Shown here one piece after another: positions 60,901 through 64,000 of a DNA stretch of 64,000 bases. The stretch comes from a virus (taxonomy: Duplodnaviria > Caudoviricetes). The translations under genes were made by a program, and so were the position numbers. Location: the IMG/VR virus record IMGVR_UViG_3300031853_000002, positions 1 through 64,000 of that record, one strand, 5' to 3'. Every line of letters begins with the position of its first letter. The first letter of the stretch is position 1. Under the pieces are notes generated by a model. That model worked only from the letters and a program-made list of their open reading frames with translations, searched no databases and was not told the origin of the DNA.

Positions 60901-62629
60901 TGATAATGTATTTGGAGGAAGACTTAATTCAGATGGAGAATATAATATAGTAAACTTTGCTGTTATAAATTCTCCTTTTGAAGATAGTGGTTCTAATATT
61001 GAATGTGACTTAAATACTATGAGTAGGATGTTTGAAGGTCTTAGAAATACTTTATTACAAGCTAAGTATGTATTTAGAGGCATCAAGTTTACTAACTCTG
61101 TAATTCCTAATGATATATTTGAGGGATGTACAAAGCTTAATAATATTCAAGGATTCTTTTCTAATCCAACTCTTACTAATGGAGGTTAGACATTTGTTTT
61201 TCCAGATCCACAATTATTTGTTGATTGTATTTCATTATCAAATGCTTCATATTTATTTGATAGTAGCTATAATCTAAATATATAGCTTGTAGGAGAAGGA
61301 TTTAAAAATTGTGCTCTTACTGATGTAAGTGGTATGTTCTACAATTCGGGAGTATTTGGAATGATTCCTTATAGATTATTCTATATGGAAAGAGATGGAA
61401 ATATTAGACAAACTATTGATAATATAACTGGAGTTTTCTATAATTGTTATAAGCTAGGCTATACAAAAGATAGAAAGATAGATGTAGGAAGTATATATGA
61501 AGAAGATGATATAGAAAAAGTTACAACTTATTCTGACGGAGTTATTATAAATCCTGGAACAAGAGTTCCTTTCCAACTTGATTTTACTAATTTTACCGGA
61601 GATGATCCTTGGTATATAGATGGAAGGGATTGGAAAACAATAAATCCAGACTTAGAAACTTCTTCTTATTATCCAAATTTATATACTACAGTATTTTAGT
61701 ATGATGAGTTACAAGCACAAACTCGTTTAGATTCTAGAGATAGAGAGGTTGGATATCAAAACTATATGTTTCCTGCGGATTACTTTAGATATTGCAGTTC
61801 ATCTTGTACTATGAAAGAGGCTTTTAGAGGACTTACATATATTCCTAAATATATTATTCCTAATGATGAAGGTGTAAATCACTTAGTAGAAGGAAATGAA
61901 GTAAATGGTCTTATAGGAAGACTTCCTTGTAAGTTATTCAGTGCTAATACTTTAAATACTAAATTTGAATCTGTATTTTCAGATCTTTAGTTCTGTGCAT
62001 TTATTAACTTTAATAGTTATAAGATGAATGAACTTAATAATGGTATATATAATATAGATCAAAGAGGTATTAAATATCCTCCAGATTTACTTAAATCAAA
62101 TACTCTTCTTACTTCTATTTCAGAAATGTTTAAAGGAACTTTTATAGAAACTGGAGTTGATATTAATTCTGATTTATTATCTAACAACACATTACTTACT
62201 GATATATCAGGTCTCTTCCAAGATGTCTTATTTTCTGAAGAGAATTATGAAGGTGCATCTATTGGAGAAAACTCTTAGATAGATTTTAATATATTCAAAA
62301 GTTGTCCAGAACTATAGGAAGTTAGTAAGTTATTTAGTGTATCAAGCACAATTGATTACTCAAGAGGTCTTAGAATTATACAAAGCACTTTATTTGATCC
62401 TATTAGTAATGAAAATATAGCTAATCCTCGTATAGTAAGTATACAAGGAATGTTTAATAATAATAGATTATTAAGAGGATCTATACCACTCTTCGATACT
62501 GGTAAATTCACACGTATTAGAAATGCAGGTAGTTATGTTGAAGGTGTGACTAAAGAAAATATTACTAATGCTAATGTATTTATTAGTATGCATGAAGCTT
62601 CTTGGATACCACAAACTTGGAGAATTTAA
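54935..62629 (+). CDS. Giant virion-type protein: LamG, CotH-like kinase, LRR and DUF285-like repeats (recoded), 2564 aa
   Basis: All + track fragments share one frame; IQGTSSLRYNSKNY, TLKADVMDSSH, GYPCILF, GIYNFNLGR, GLVDSMAKNL, FYDMDTAL; LxxLxLS repeats; MFxNC repeats. Confidence 0.83.
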
Positions 62630-64000
62630 TGGATAATTTAGTTAGAACAGATACTGTATTTGGCAAAAGAGTCAATTTAGTAGGTAATATTTCGGCGGAC
62701 TTGGTGTTAGAATCTCTAGGAAAGGTCTACATCAAGTCCCGAAATAAAGCCTAGACATTAGAAGAACTTATTACTAGTTTAGTACGAGAAGATCCTAATA
62801 CAAGTACGTCTAGGGTTAAAGTAGTAGAAGGAATTGAAAATCTTGATACTTCTGAATTTAAAGATGGAACATTTGTATTTGATAAACTAAGTAATATATT
62901 ATATCTATATTTAGATAATGATCTCCTAGAACTTATAAATGTTGCTCCTGAAGGAGAAGGATATGTAAAGCGTTCAGGAGACACTATGACTGGAAGATTA
63001 GCTATCTATGTAAAAAATGGCCCTCCTTTATATGTAAATTCTGCAGATTTAGTTGAAAATTTAAATGCATAGTATCTCAATGGAGAAACTGCAGATAAAT
63101 TTACAAGAAGACATAGAGACGAGAAAATAAGTGGTAGTTGGACTTTTTAGAAAGTTACTACATTCGATTAGGGAGTAAGAATTTATAAAGATGCTGTATT
63201 GCATGGTAGTATAGGGTCTCCAAACTTTTCAAGTGGATTTGGGGGATATGGTTGGAGAATGGATGCGGATACTAATACTTTAACCGTAGATAATTTAGTA
63301 GTTCGTAAACTTATGTAGGTTTATGAATTAGTTGTAAATAAGATATCTGCAACAAATGGTTCTTTATGGATAAGTAATGCAGGAAAAGTTACTGATGTAT
63401 GTAAATTATAGATAAAGCCATATAATTTCTTTACAGATACTGAAGAATATTAGTTATTTTGTGCTGGACTAAAAGAAGACTTTATTAAACTTACTGCAGA
63501 AATAACTAATGAATCTTTAGAAGCTGAGGCTTTCTCTACTTCAAGTGGAGATAATATTATAACAAAAGAATGTTGGAGTAGCAATACTCTTAGAAGTACT
63601 AAATTTATATTTATAAGGCAAAAAGGAGAAGATTATAGAGGATAGTACTTTGATGATCCTGAAGCTACTGATTATTCTATATTTCCTCTATTCAGTGAAG
63701 ATTTCAAATTTAATACTGTTTTTCCTATAATAACTAGGAATAATTATTAGACATTTAAATCTAATGAAAGAACTGCAAATTTATAGAATTACATATCATT
63801 TATATAGCCCTATTATAAGTACTTTGCAAATGGAGATTATTATTTAGTAACTTTTGATGGAGATTCTCTTCCGGTATTTAAAGCTGGAGATATATTACGA
63901 TGTCAAAAATGGACATATGGAGGTATTAAATATTATGATGCTATAGTTTGTAATTAGATAGGCAGCAAATATATAATACAACTTGCCCCATCATTTCTTG
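62629..64000 (+). CDS. Tail protein, truncated by the window end (recoded)
   Basis: YVKRSGDTMTG, VENLNAQYLNG, FSSGFGGYGWR...VDNLVVRKLMQVYELVVNKI. Confidence 0.75.

Noticed and set aside
20832-62984. Minus-strand track ORFs in the late region (e.g. 20832, 21543, 24360, 51523, 57290, 62751) and off-frame plus ORFs (23525, 27742, 42810, 56244)
   Set aside because: Overlap long recoded genes; composition typical of antisense or alternate frames
11901-64000. Apparent mass pseudogenisation (dozens of short ORFs)
   Set aside because: The interruptions I traced are in-frame TAG, fragments share frames, and CUA tRNAs are present; this is recoding, not decay
1-64000. CRISPR array, integrase, transposase, reverse transcriptase
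   Set aside because: No repeat-spacer periodicity or diagnostic motifs seen

Overview
AT-rich segment of a large dsDNA phage, most consistent with a crAss-like (Crassvirales-type) phage of a Bacteroidota host (crAss-type TerL/portal, TTTG-N19/20-TAnnTTTG promoters). The window uses two genetic codes. The leftward early region (about 1-10.3 kb) mostly uses TAG as stop. Almost everything from 11.9 kb on, plus one gene at 4336-5910, reads TAG as Gln (code 15). Re-translated this way, the fragmented ORF track collapses into about 30 long, butted or ATGA-overlapping genes: multidomain putative cargo/effector proteins, SLT, HNH, holin, PD-(D/E)XK nuclease, GroES-like protein, TerL, portal, tail/fibre genes, a DGR-type target, an LTD+metallophosphoesterase protein and a 2564-aa LamG/CotH-kinase/LRR protein. 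There are two CUA-anticodon tRNAs: one Gln-like with a long variable arm, and one with a ~50-nt structured D-loop insertion directly upstream of a 2H-phosphoesterase gene. Also present are two tRNA-like RNAs with aberrant anticodon arms, a ~700-nt densely base-paired non-coding region, a covarying pseudoknot-like leader before three early genes, and a recurrent K-x-Q-x-GG motif in the putative cargo proteins. All calls come from manual reading; no searches were run.
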